Shown here piece by piece: positions 46,001 through 62,000 of a stretch of 64,000 nt of DNA. Source of the DNA: the human T2T-CHM13v2.0 reference genome, Homo sapiens; the NCBI RefSeq assembly GCF_009914755.1, contig NC_060937.1, one strand, 5' to 3'. The notes beneath the pieces are model-generated. The model was not told the DNA's origin. It was given only the letters and a program-made list of their open reading frames with translations, and ran no database searches. Numbering within the stretch: the first letter of the stretch is position 1; every line of letters starts with the position of its first letter. The position numbers were made by a program, and so were the translations under genes.

Positions 46001-49000
46001 CATTTATAATAAACTGTACATAAAATATCAATGTACTCAAACTATATATTATGTGCGCTACATAAGATATCAAAGTACCCATACTATATAGTATGTACTG
46101 TACTTAAAATATCAAAATACCCAAAATATATATTATATACGTTACATAAACTATCAAATACACAAAGTATGTATTACATACTGTACATAAAATAGCAAAG
46201 TTCCCAAAATATGTATTATATACTGGACATAAAATATGAAAGTACCCAACCATTTATAATAAACTCTACATAAAATACCAAAGTACCCAAACTGTGTATT
46301 ATATACTCTCCATAAAATATCAAAGTACCCAAAATATATATTGTCATCTGTACATAAAATATCAAAGTAGCCAAAATATATATAGTATACCGTACATAAA
46401 ATATAAAAGTACCCCAAATATGTATTATATACTGTACATAAAATATCAAAGTACCGATAATACATATTATATACTGTACATAAAATATCAGAGGACCCAA
46501 AATAAACATTATATACTGTACATAAAATATCCAAATACTCAAAATATATATTACATACTGTACATAAAATATCAAAGTACCCAAATTATGTATTATATAC
46601 TGTACGTAAAATATCAGAGTACCCAAAATATGCATTATATACTGTACATAAAATATGAAAGTAACAAAACATTTATAATAAACTGTACATAAAATATCAA
46701 AGTACTCAAACTATATATCATATACTGTACATAAAATATCAAAGTACCCAAACTGTGTATTATTATATACTGTATATAAAATATCAAAGTACCTGAAATA
46801 TATACTGTATACTGTACATAAAATATCAAAGTACCCAAAATATATACTATATACTGTACATAAAATATGAAGGTACATCAAATATATATTATATCCTGTA
46901 CATAAAATATCAAAGTACACCTATTATATATTGTGTACTGTACATAATATATTAAATCGCCCAAATATATATTGTATACTGTATATAAAATATGAAGGTA
47001 CTTCAAATATATATTATATGCTGCACATAAAATATCAAAGTACCCAAAGTATGCATTACATACTGTACATAAAATATCAAAGTACACATATTATATATTA
47101 TATAATATACATAAAATATGAAGGTTCATCAAATATATATTATATTCTGTACATAATATATCAAAGTACATCAAATATATATTATTTACTGTACATAAAA
47201 TATCAAAGTACCAAAAATATGTATTATATACTCTACATAAAATATGAAAGTAACCAAACATTTATAATAAACTGTACATAAAATATCAAAGTACTCAGTC
47301 TACATATTATATACAGTATATAAAATATCAAAGTACACACACTGTATATTATATACTGTACATAATATATCAAAATACCCAGAATATATAGCATACTGTA
47401 CATAAAATATCAAAGTACCCAAAATATATATTGTATACTGTACATAAAATATGAAGGTACATCAAAGATATATTATATTCTGTACATAAAATATCAAAGT
47501 ACACCAAATATATATTATATGCTGTACATAATATATTAAAGTTGCCCAAATATACATTCTATACTGTACATAAAATATGAACGTACATCAAATATATAGT
47601 ATATGCTGCACATAAAATATCAAAGTACCCAAAGTATGTATTATACACTGTACATAAAATATCAAAGTACCAAAAGTATATATTACATACTGTAAATAAA
47701 ATATGAAGGTACCTCAAATATATATTATATTCTGTACATAAAATATCAAAGTACACCAAGTATATACTATATACTCTGCATAAAATATTAAATTACCCAA
47801 AATATGTATTGTATTGTGTACATAAAATATGAAAGTAACCAAACATTTATAATAAACTGTACATAAAATTTCAAAGTACTCAAACTGTATATTATATACT
47901 GTACATAAAGTATCAAAGTACCCAAACTGTGTAGTATATACTGTACATAAAATATCAAGGTACCCAAAATATATATTGTAAACTGTAGATAAAATATCAA
48001 AATACCCAAAATATATATTATATACTGTACATAAAATATGAAGTCACATCCAATATATATTATATTCTGAACATAAAATATCAAAGTACACCAAATGTAT
48101 ATTATATACTGTACATAAAATATCAAAGTACCCAAAGTGTATATTATATACTGTACATAAAATATGAAGGTTCATCAAATATATTTTATATTCTGCACAT
48201 AATATATCAAAGTACAGCAAATATATATTATATACTGTACATAAAATATCAAAGTACCCAAAATATGTATTATATACTGTACATAAAATATGAAAGTAAC
48301 CAAACATTTATAATAAACTGTACATAAAATATCAAAGTACTCAAACTGTATATTATATACTCTACATAAAGTATCAAAGTACCCAAACTGTGTAGTATAT
48401 ACTGTACATAAAATATCAAGGTACCCAAAATATATATTGTAAACTGTAGATAAAATATCAAAGTACCCAAAATATATATTATATACTGTACATGAAATAT
48501 GAAGGCCCCTCCAATATATATTATACTCTGTACATAAAATATCAAAGTACACCAAAAGTATATTATATACTGTACATAAAATATCAAAGTACCCAAAGTG
48601 TATATTATATACTGTACATAAACTATGAAGGTTCATCAAATATATTTTATATTCTGCACATAATATATCAAAGTACAGCAAATATATATTATATACTGTA
48701 CATAAAATATCAAAGTACCCAAATTATGTATTATATACTGTACATAAAATATGAAAGTAAGCAAACATTTATAATAAACTGTACATAAAGTATCAAAGTA
48801 CTCAAACTACATATTATATACAGTATATAAAATATCAAAGTACCCAAACTGTATATTATATAATGTACATAATATATCAAAGTACCCGAATATATAGCAT
48901 ACTCTACATAAAATATCAAAGTACCCAAAGTTTGTATTATACACTGCACATAAAATATGGAGGTACATCAAAGATATATTATATTCTGTACATAAAATAT

Positions 49001-49474
49001 CAAAGTACACCAAATATATGTTATATGCTGTACATAATATATTAAAGTCGACCAAATATATATTATATACTGTACATAAAATATGAAGGTACATCAAATA
49101 TATATTATATGCTGCACATAAAATATCAAAGTACCCAAAGTATGTGTTATATACTGTACATAAAATATCAAAGTACCCAAAGTATATATTATATACTGTA
49201 CATAAAATATAAAATACCCCAAATATATATTATATGCTCTACATAAAATATCAAAGTACACAAAATATGTATTATATACTGTACATAAAATACCAAAGGA
49301 CCCAAAATATATATTATATACTGTACATAAAATATCAAAATACCCAAAATATATATTATATACTGTACATAAAATACCAAAGTACCCAAAGTATATATTA
49401 TATACCGTACAAAAAATATCAAAGTAGCCAAAATATGTATTATACACTGTACATAATATATGAAAGTACCCAAA
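46001..49474 (+). repeat. A unit with tandem 461-bp (11-monomer) duplication, 3474 bp
   Basis: gaaagtaa landmarks at 47831, 48292 and 48753; 3013+461 = 3474. The same structure occurs at 461, 922 and 1383. Confidence 0.82.
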
Positions 49475-52400
49475 CATTTATAATAAACTGTACATAAAAT
49501 ATCAATGTACTCAAACTATATATTATGTGCGGTACATAAGATATCAAAGTACCCATACTATATAGTATATACTGTACTTAAAATATCAAAATACCCAAAA
49601 TATATATTATATACGTTACATAAACTATCAAATACACAAAGTATGTATTATATACTGTACATAAAATAGCAAAGTTCCCAAAATATGTATTATATACTGT
49701 ACATAAAATATGAAAGTACCCAACCATTTATAATAAAGTCTACATAAAATACCAAAGTACCCAAACTGTGTATTATATACTGTCCATAAAATATCAAAGT
49801 ACCCAAAATATATATTGTAAACTCTACATAAAATATCAAAGTAGCCAAAATACATATTGTATACTGTACATAAAATATAAAAGTACCCCAAATATATATT
49901 ATATACTGTACATAAAATATCAAAGTACCCATAATACATATTATACACTGTACATAAAATATCAAAGGACCCAAAATAAACATTATATACTGTACATAAA
50001 ATATCCAAATACTCAAAATATATATTACATACTGTACATAAAATATCAAAGTACCCAAATTATGTATTATACACTGTACGTAAAATATCAGAGTACCCAA
50101 AATATGCATTATATACTGTACATAAAATATGAAAGTAACAAAACATTTATAATAAACTGTACATAAAATATCAAAGTACTCAAACTATATATCATATACT
50201 CTACATAAAATATCAAAGTACCCAAACTGTGTATTATTATATACTGTATATAAAATATCAAAGTACCTGAAATATATACTGTATACTGTACATAAAATAT
50301 CAAAGTACCCAAAATATATACTATATACTGTACATAAAATATGAAGGTACATCAAATATATATTATATCCTGTACATAAAATATCAAAGTACACCTATTA
50401 TATATTGTGTACTGTACATAATATATTAAATCGCCCAAATATATATTGTATACTGTATATAAAATATGAAGGTACTTCAAATATATATTATATGCTGCAC
50501 ATAAAATATCAAAGTACCCAAAGTATGCATTACATACTGTACATAAAATATCAAAGTACACATATTATCTATTATATAATGTACATAAAATATGAAGGTT
50601 CATCAAATATATATTATATTCTGTACATAATATATCAAAGTACATCAAATATATATTATATACTGTACATAAAATATCAAAGTACCAAAAATATGTATTA
50701 TATACTGTACATAAAACATGAAAGTAACCAAACATTTATAATAAACTGTACATAAAATATCAAAGTACTCAATCTACATATTATATACAGTATATAAAAT
50801 ATCAAAGTACACAAACTGTATATTATATACGGTACATAATATATCAAAGTACCCAGAATATATAGCATACTGTAAATAAAATATCAAAGTACCCAAAATA
50901 TATATTGTATACTGTACATAAAATATGAAGGTACATCAAAGATATATTATATTCTGTACATAAAATATCAAACTACACCAAATATATATTATATGCTGTA
51001 CATAATATATTAAAGTTGCCCATATATACATTATATACTGTACATAAAATATGAACGTACATCAAATATATAGTATATGCTGCACATAAAATATCAAAGT
51101 ACCCAAAATATATACTATATACTGTACATAAAATATGAAGGTACATCAAATATATATTATATCCTGTACATAAAATATCAAAGTACACCTATTATATATT
51201 GTGTACTGCACATAATATATTAAATCGCCCAAATATATATTGTATACTGTATATAAAATATGAAGGTACTTCAAATATATATTATATGCTGCACATAAAA
51301 TATCAAAGTACCCAAAGTATGCATTACATACTGTACATAAAATATCAAATTACAAAAATTATATATTATATTCTGTACATAAAATATGTAGGTTCTTCAA
51401 ATATATTTTATATTCTGTACATAATATATCAAAGTACATCAAATATATATTATATACGGTACATAAAATATCAAAGTACCCAAAATATGTATTAATTACT
51501 GTGCATAAAATATGAAAGTAACCAAACATTTATAATAAACTGTACATAAAATATCAAACAACTCAATCTACATATTATATACAGTATATAAAATATCAAA
51601 GTACACAAACTGTATATTATATACTGTACATAATATATCAAAGTACCCAGAATATATAGCATACTGTACATACAATATCAAAGTACCCAGAATGTATATT
51701 GTATTCTGTACATAAAATATGAATGTACATCAAAGATATATTCTGTACATAAAATATCAAAGTACACCAAATATATATTATATGCTGTACATAATATATT
51801 AAAGTTGCCCATGCATACATTTTATACTGTACATAAAATATGAAGGTACATCAAATATATAGTATATGCTGCACATAAAATATCAAAGTACCCAAAGTAT
51901 GTATTATATACTGTACATAAAATATCAAAGTACCAAAAGTATATATTACCTACTGGAAATAAAATATGAAGATACCTCAAATATATATTATATTCTGTAC
52001 ATGAAATATCAAAGTACACCAAGTATATACTATATACTCTACATAAAATATTAAATTACCCAAAATATGTATTGTATTGTGTACATAAAATATGAAAGTA
52101 ACCAAACATTTATAATAAACTGTACATAAAATATCAAAGTACTCAAACTTTATATTATATACTGTACATAAAGTATCAAAGTACCCAAACTGTGTAGTAT
52201 ATACTGTACATAAAATATCAAGGTACCCAAAATGTATATTGTAAACTGTAGATAAAATATCAAAGTACCCAAAATATATATTATATACTGTACATAAAAT
52301 ATGAAGGCTCATCCAATATATATTATATTCTGTACATAAAATATCAAAGTACACCAAATGTATATTATATACTGTACATAAAATATAAAACTACGCCAAA

Positions 52401-55400
52401 TATATCTTATATACTCTACATAAAATATCAAAGTACCCAAAATATATATTATATACTGTACATAAAATATCAAAGTACCCATAGTATGTATTATATCCTG
52501 TACATAAAATATGAAGGTACATCAAATATATATTCTATTCTGCACATAAAATATCATATTGCACCAAATATATATTGTATACTGTATATAAAATATGAAG
52601 GTACTTCAAATATATATTATATGCTGCACATAAAATATCAAAGTACCCAAAGTATGCATTATATACTGTACATAAAATATCAAAGTACCCAAAGTGTATA
52701 TTATATACTGTACATAAAATATGAAGGTTCATCAAATATATTTTATATTCTGCACATAATATATCAAAGTACAGCAAATATATATTATATACTGTACATA
52801 AAATATCAAAGTACCCAAAATATGTATTATATACTGTACATAAAATATGAAAGTAACCAAACATTTATAATAAACTGTACATAAAATATCAAAGTACTCA
52901 AACTACATATTATATACAGTATATAAAATGTCAAAGTACCCAAACTGTATATTATATACTGTACATAATATATCAAAGTACCCAAATATATAGCATACTG
53001 TACATAAAATATCAAAGTACCCAAAGTGTGTATTATACACTGCACATAAAATATGAAGGTACATCAAAGATATATTATATTCTGTACATAAAATATCAAA
53101 GTACACCAAATATATATTATATGCTGTACAGAATATATTAAAGTCGACCAAATATATATTATATACTGTACATAAAATATGAAGGTACATCAAATATATA
53201 TTATATGCTGCACATAAAATATCAAAGTACCCAAAGTATGTATTATATACTGTACAAAAAATATCAAAGTACCCAAAGTATATATTATATACTGTACATA
53301 AAATATAAAATACCCCAAATATATATTATATCCTGTACATAAAATATCAAAGTACCCAAAATATATATTGTAAACTGTACATAAAATATCAAAGTAGCCA
53401 AAATATATATTGTATACTGTCCATAAAATATAAAAGTACCCCAAATATGTATTATATACTGTACATAAAATATCAAAGTACCGATAATACATATTATATA
53501 CTGTACATAAAATATCAAAGGACCCAAAATAAACATTATATACTGTACATAAAATATCCAAATACTCAAAATATATATTACATACTGTACATAAAATATC
53601 AAAGTACCCAAATTATGTATTATATACTGTACGTAAAATATCAGAGTACCCAAAATATGCATTATATACTGTACATAAAATATGAAAGTAACAAAACATT
53701 TATAATAAACTGTACATAAAATATCAAAGTACTCAAACTATATATCATATACTGTACATAAAATATCAAAGTACCCAAACTGTGTATTATTATATACTGT
53801 ATATAAAATATCAAAGTACCTGAAATATATATTGTATACTATACATAAAATATCAAAGTACCCAAAATATATACTATATACTGTACATAAAATATGAAGG
53901 TACATCAAATATATATTATATCCTGTACATAAAATATCAAAGTACACCTATTATATATTGTGTACTGTACATAATATATTAAATCGCCCAAATATATATT
54001 GTATACTGTATATAAAATATGAAGGTACTTCAAATATATATTATATGCTGCACATAAAATATCAAAGTACCCAAGGTATGCATTACATACTGTACATAAA
54101 CTATCAAAGTACACATATTATATATTATATAATATACATAAAATATGAAGGTTCATCAAATATATATTATATTCTGTACATAATATATCAAAGTACATCA
54201 AATATATAATATATACTGTACATAAAATATCAAAGTACCAAAAATATGTATTATATACTGTACATAAAACATGAAAGTAACCAAACATTTATAATAAACT
54301 GTACATGAAATATCAAAGTACTCAGTCTACATATTATATACAGTATATAAAATATCAAAGTACACACACTGTATATTATATACTGTACATAATATATCAA
54401 AATACCCAGAATATATAGCATACTGTACATAAAATATCAAAGTACCCAAAATATATATTGTATACTGTACATAAAATATGAAGGTACATCAAAGATATAT
54501 TATATTCTGTACATAAAATATCAAACTATACCAAATATATATTATATGCTGTACATAATATATTAAAGTTGCCCATATATACATTATATACTGTACATAA
54601 AATATGAACGTACATCAAATATATAGTATATGCTGCACATAAAATATCAAAGTACCCAAAGTATGTATTATACACTGTACATAAAATATCAAAGTACCAA
54701 AAGTATATATTACATACTGTAAATAAAATATGAAGGTACCTCAAATATATATTATATTCTGTACATAAAACATCAAAGTACACCAAGTATATACTATATA
54801 CTCTGCATAAAATATTAAATTACCCAAAATATGTATTGCATTGTGTACATAAAATATGAAAGTAACCAAACATTTATAATAAACTGTACATAAAATTTCA
54901 AAGTACTCAAACTGTATATTATATACTGTACATAAAGTATCAAAGTACCCAAACTGTGTAGTATATACTGTACATAAAATATCAAGGTACCCAAAATATA
55001 TATTGTAAACTGTAGATAAAATATCAAAGTACCCAAAATATATATTATATACTGTACATAAAATATGAAGGCACATCCAATATATACTATATTCTGTACA
55101 TAAAATATCAAAGTACACCAAATGTATATTATATACTGTACAAAAAATATCAAAGTACCCAAAGTGTATATTATATACTGTACATAAAATATGAAGGTTC
55201 ATCAAATATATTTTATATTCTGCACATAATATATCAAAGTACAGCAAATATATATTATATACTGTACATAAAATATCAAAGTACCCAAAATATGTATTAT
55301 ATACTGTACATAAAATATGAAAGTAACCAAACATTTATAATAAACTGTACATAAAGTATCAAAGTACTCAAACTACATATTATATACAGTATATAAAATG

Positions 55401-56040
55401 TCAAAGTACCCAAACTGTATATTATATACTGTACATAATATATCAAAGTACCCAAATATATAGCATACTGTACATAAAATATCAAGGTACCCAAAGTGTG
55501 TATTATACACTGCACATAAAATATGAAGGTACATAAAATATATATTGTATTCTGTACATAAAATATCAAAGTACTCCAAATATATATTATATGCTGTACA
55601 TAATATATTATAGTCGCCCAAATATATATTATATACTGTACATAAAATATGAAGGTACATCAAATATATATTATATGCTGCACATAAAATATCAAAGTAC
55701 CCAAAGTATGTGTTATATACTGTACATAAAATATCAAAGTACCCAATGTATATATTATATACTGTACATAAAATATAAAATACCCCAAATATATATTATA
55801 TGCTATACATAAAATATCAAAGTACACAAAATATGTATTATATACTGTACATAAAATACCAAAGGACCCAAAATATATATTATATACTGTACATAAAATA
55901 TCAAAATACCCAAAATATATATTATATACTGTACATAAAATACCAAAGTACCCAAAGTATATATTATATACCGTACAAAAAATATCAAAGTAGCCAAAAT
56001 ATGTATTATACACTGTACATAATATATGAAAGTACCCAAA
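49475..56040 (+). repeat. Compound A/B hybrid unit (3553 bp) fused to an A unit, 6566 bp total
   Basis: 794-bp jump-back near 51100, 5-bp deletion near 51740 and 543-bp deletion near 53325; 3307+794-5-543+3013 = 6566. Confidence 0.72.
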
Positions 56041-59000
56041 CATTTATAATAAACTGTACATAAAATATCAATGTACTCAAACTATATATTATCTGCGGTA
56101 CATAAGATATCAAAGTACCCATACTATATAGTATATACTGTACTTAAAATATCAAAATACCCAAAATATATATTATATACGTTACATAAACTATCAAATA
56201 CACAAAGTATGTATTATATACTGTACATAAAATAGAAAAGTTCCCAAAATATGTATTATATATATTATAAATATGTACATAAAATATGAAAGTACCCAAC
56301 CATTTATAATAAACTCTACATAAAACACCAAAGTACCCAAACTGTGTATTATATACTGTCCATAAAATATCAAAGTACCCAAAATATGTATTGTAAACTC
56401 TACATAAAATATCAAAGTAGCCAAAATACATATTGTATACTGTACATAAAATATAAAAGTACCCCAAATATATATTATATACTGTACATAAAATATCAAA
56501 GTACCCATAATACATATTATATACTGTACATAAAATATCAAAGGACCCAAAATAAACATTATATACTGTACATAAAATATCCAAATACTCAAAATATATA
56601 TTACATACTGTACATAAAATATCAAAGTACCCAAATTATGTACTATATACTGTACGTAAAATATCAGAGTACCCAAAATATGCATTATATACTGTACATA
56701 AAATATGAAAGTAACAAAACATTTATAATAAACTGTACATAAAATATCAAAGTACTCAAACTATATATCATATACTGTACATAAAATATCAAAGTACCCA
56801 AACTGTGTATTATTATATACTGTATATAAAATATCAAAGTACCTGAAATATATATTGTATACTGTACATAAAATATCAAAGTACCCAAAATATATACTAT
56901 ATACTGTACATAAAATATGAAGGTACATCAAATATATATTATATCCTGTACATAAAATAACAAAGTACACCTATTATATATTGTGTACTGTACATAATAT
57001 ATTAAATCGCCCAAATATATATTGTATACTGTATATAAAATATGAAGGTACTTCAAATATATATTATATGCTGCACATAAAATATCAAAGTACCCAAGGT
57101 ATGCATTACATACTGTACATAAAATATCAAAGTACACAAATTATATATTATATACTGTACATAAAATATGTAGGTTCATCAAATATATTTTATATTCTGT
57201 ACATAATATATCAAAGTACATCAAATATATATTATATACGGTACATAAAATATCAAATTACCCAAAATATATATTATTTACTGTACATAAAATATGAAAG
57301 TAACCAAACATTTATAATAAACTGTACATAAATTATCAAAGTACTCAATCTACATATTATATACAGTATATAAAATATCAAAGTACACAAACTGTATATT
57401 ATATACTGTACATAATATGTCAAAGTACCCAGAATATATAGCATACTGTACATACAATATCAAAGTACCCAGAATGTATATTGTATACTGTACATAAAAT
57501 ATGAAGGTACATCAAAGATATATTATATTCTGTACATAAAATATCAAAGTACACCAAATATATATTATATGCTGTACATAATATATTAAAGTTGCCCATG
57601 TATACATTTTATACTGTACATAAAATATGAAGGTACATCAAATATATAGTATATGCTGCACATAAAATATCAAAGTACCCAAAGTATGTATTATATACTG
57701 TACATAAAATATCAAAGTACCAAAAGTATATATTACCTACTGTAAATAAAATGTGAAGATACCTCAAATATATATTATATTCTGTACATGAAATATCAAA
57801 GTACACCAAGTATATACTATATACTCTACATAAAATATTAAATTACCCAAAATATGTATTGTATTGTGTACATAAAATATGAAAATAACCAAACATTTAT
57901 AATAAACTGTACATAAAATATCAAAGTACTCAAACTTTATATTATATACTGTACATAAAGTATCAAAGTACCCAAACTGTGTAGTATATACTGTACATAA
58001 AATATCAAGGTACCCAAAATGTATATTGTAAACTGTAGATAAAATATCAAAGTACCCAAAATATATATTATATACTGTACATAAAATATGAAGGCACATC
58101 CAATATATATTATATTCTGTACATAAAATATCAAAGTACACCAAATGTATATTATATACTGTACATAAAATATAAAACTACCCCAAATATATATTATATA
58201 CTCTACATAAAATATCAAAGTACCCAAAATATATATTATATACTGTACATAATATATCAAAGTACCCATAGTATGTATTATATCCTGTACATAAAATATG
58301 AAAGTACGTCAAATATATATTCTATTCTGCACATAAAATATCATATTGCACCAAATATATATTGTATACTGTATATAAAATATGAAGGTACTTCAAATAT
58401 ATATTATATGCTGCACATAAAATATCAAAGTACCCAAAGTATGCATTATATACTGTACATAAAATATCAAAGTACCCAAAGTGTATATTATATACTGTAC
58501 ATAAAATATGAAGGTTCATCAAATATATTTTATATTCTACACATAATATATCAAAGTACAGCAAATATATATTATATACTGTACATAAAATAACAAAGTA
58601 ACAAAAATATGTATTATATACTGTACATAAAATATGAAAGTAACCAAATATTTATAATATACTGTATATAAAATATCAAAGTACTCAAACTACATATTAT
58701 ATACAGTATATAAAATATCAAAGTACCCAAACTATATATTATATACTGTACATACTATATCAAAGTACCCGAATATAGAGCATACTGTACATAAAATATC
58801 AAATTACCCAAAATATATATTGTATACTGTACATAAAATATGAAGGTACATCACAGATATATTATATTCTGTACATAAAATATCAAAGTACACCAAATAT
58901 ATATTATATGCTGTACAGAATATATTAAAGTCGACCAAATGTATATTATATAGTGTACATAAAATATGAAGGTACATCAAATATATATTATATGCTGCAC

Positions 59001-62000
59001 ATAAAATATCAAAGTACCCAAAGTATGTATTATATACTGTACATAAAATATCAAAGTACCCAAAGTATATATTATATACTGTACATAAAATATAAAATAC
59101 CCCAAATATATATTATATGCTGTACATAAAATATCAAAGTACACAAAATATGCATTATGTACTGTACATAAATTATCAAAGGACCCAAAATATATATTAT
59201 ATAGTGTACATAAAATATCAAAATACCCAAAATATATATTATATACTGTACATAAAATACCAAAGTACCCAAAGTATATATTATATACTGTATAAAAAAT
59301 ATCAAAGTAGCCAAAATATGTATTATACACTGTACATAATATATGAAAGTACCCAAACATTTATAATAAACTGTACATAAAATATCAATGTACTCAAATT
59401 ATATATTATGTGCGGTACTTAAGATATCAAAGTACCCATACTATATAGTATGTACTGTACTTAAAATATCAAAATACCCAAAATATATATTATATACGTT
59501 ACATAAACTATCAAATACACAAAGTATGTATTACATACTGTACATAAAATAGCAAAGTTCCCAAAATATGTATTATATACTGTACATAAAATATGAAAGT
59601 AACCAACCATTTATAATAAACTCTACATAAAATACCAAAGTACCCAAACTGTGTATTATATACTCTCCATAAAATAGCAAAGTACCCAAAATATATATTG
59701 TCAACTGTACATAAAATATCAAAGTAGCCAAAATATATATAGTATACCGTACATAAAATATAAAAGTACCCCAAATATGTATTATATACTGTACATAAAA
59801 TATCAAAGTACCGATAATACATATTATATAGTGTACATAAAATATCAGAGGACCCAAAATAAACATTATATACTGTACATAAAATATCCAAATACTCAAA
59901 ATATATATTACATACTGTACATAAAATATCAAAGTACCCAAATTATGTATTATATACTGTACATAAAATATCAGAGTACCCAAAATATGCATTATATACT
60001 GTACATAAAATATGAAAGTAACAAAACATTTATAATAAACTGTACATAAAATATCAAAGTACTCAAACTATATATCATATACTGTACATAAAATATCAAA
60101 GTACCCAAACTGTGTATTATTATATACTGTATATAAAATATCAAAGTACCTGAAATATATACTGTATACTGTACATAAAATATCAAAGTACCCAAAATAT
60201 ATACTATATACTGTACATAAAATATGAAGGTACATCAAATATATATTATATCCTGTACATAAAATATCAAAGTACACCTATTATATATTGTGTACTGTAC
60301 ATAATATATTAAATCGCCCAAATATATATTGTATACTGTATATAAAATATGAAGGTACTTCAAATATATATTATATGCTGCACATAAAATATCAAAGTAC
60401 CCAAAGTATGCATTACATACTGTACATAAAATATCAACGTACACATATTATCTATTATATAATGTACATAAAATATGAAGGTTCATCAAATATATATTAT
60501 ATTCTGTACATAATATATCAAAGTACATCAAATATATATTATATACTGTACATAAAATATCAAAGTACCAAAAATATGTATTATATACTGTACATAAAAT
60601 ATGAAAGTAACCAAACATTTATAATATACTGTACATAAAATATCAAAGTACTCAGTCTACATATTACATACAGTATATAAAATATCAAAGTACACACACT
60701 GTATATTATATACTGTACATAATATATCAAAGTACCCAGAATATATAACATACTGTACATAAAATATCAAAGTACCCGAAATATATATGGTATACTGTAC
60801 ATAAAATATGAAGGTACATCAAAGATATATTATATTCTGTACATAAAATATCAAACTACACCAAATATATATTATATGCTGTACATAATATATTAAAGTT
60901 GCCCAAATACACATTCTATACTGTACATAAAATATGAACGTACATCAAATATATAGTATATGCTGCACATAAAATATCAAAGTACCCAAAGTATGTATTA
61001 TACACTGTACATAAAATATCAAAGTACCAAAAGTATATATTACATACTGTAAATAAAATATGAAGGTACCTCAAATATATATTATATTCTGTACATAAAA
61101 TATCAAAGTCCACCAAGTATATACTATATACTCTGCATAAAATATTAAATTACCCAAAATATGTATTGCATTGTGTACATAAAATATGAAAGTAACCAAA
61201 CATTTATAATAAACTGTACATAAAATATCAAAGTCCTCAAACTGTATATTATATACTGTACATAAAGTATCAAAGTACCCAAACTGTGTAGTATATACTG
61301 TACATAAAATATCAAGGTACCCAAAATATATATTGTAAACTGTAGATTAAATATCAAAGTACCCAAAATATATATTATATACTGTACATAAAATATGAAG
61401 GCACATCCAATATATACTATATTCTGTACATAAAATATCAAAGTACACCAAATGTATATTATATACTGTACATAAAATATCAAAGTACCCAAAGTGTATA
61501 TTATATACTGTACATAAAATATGAAGGTTCATCAAATATATTTTATATTCTGCACATAATATATCAAAGTACAGCAAATATATATTATATACTGTACATA
61601 AAATATCAAAGTACCCAAAATATGTATTATATACTGTACATAAAATATGAAAGTAACCAAACATTTATAATAAACTTTACATAAAGTATCAAAGTACTCA
61701 AACTACATATTATATACAGTATATAAAATATCAAAGTACCCCAACTGTATATTATATACTGTACATAATATATAAAGGTACCCAAATATATAGCATACTG
61801 TACATAAAATATCAAAGTACCCAAAATATATATTATATACTGTACATAAAATATCAAAATACCCAAAATATATATTATATACTGTACATAAATTACCAAA
61901 GTACCCAAAGTATATATTATGTAACGTACAAAAAATATCAAAGTAGCCAAAATATGTATTATACACTGTACTTAATATATGAAAGTACCCAAACATTTAT

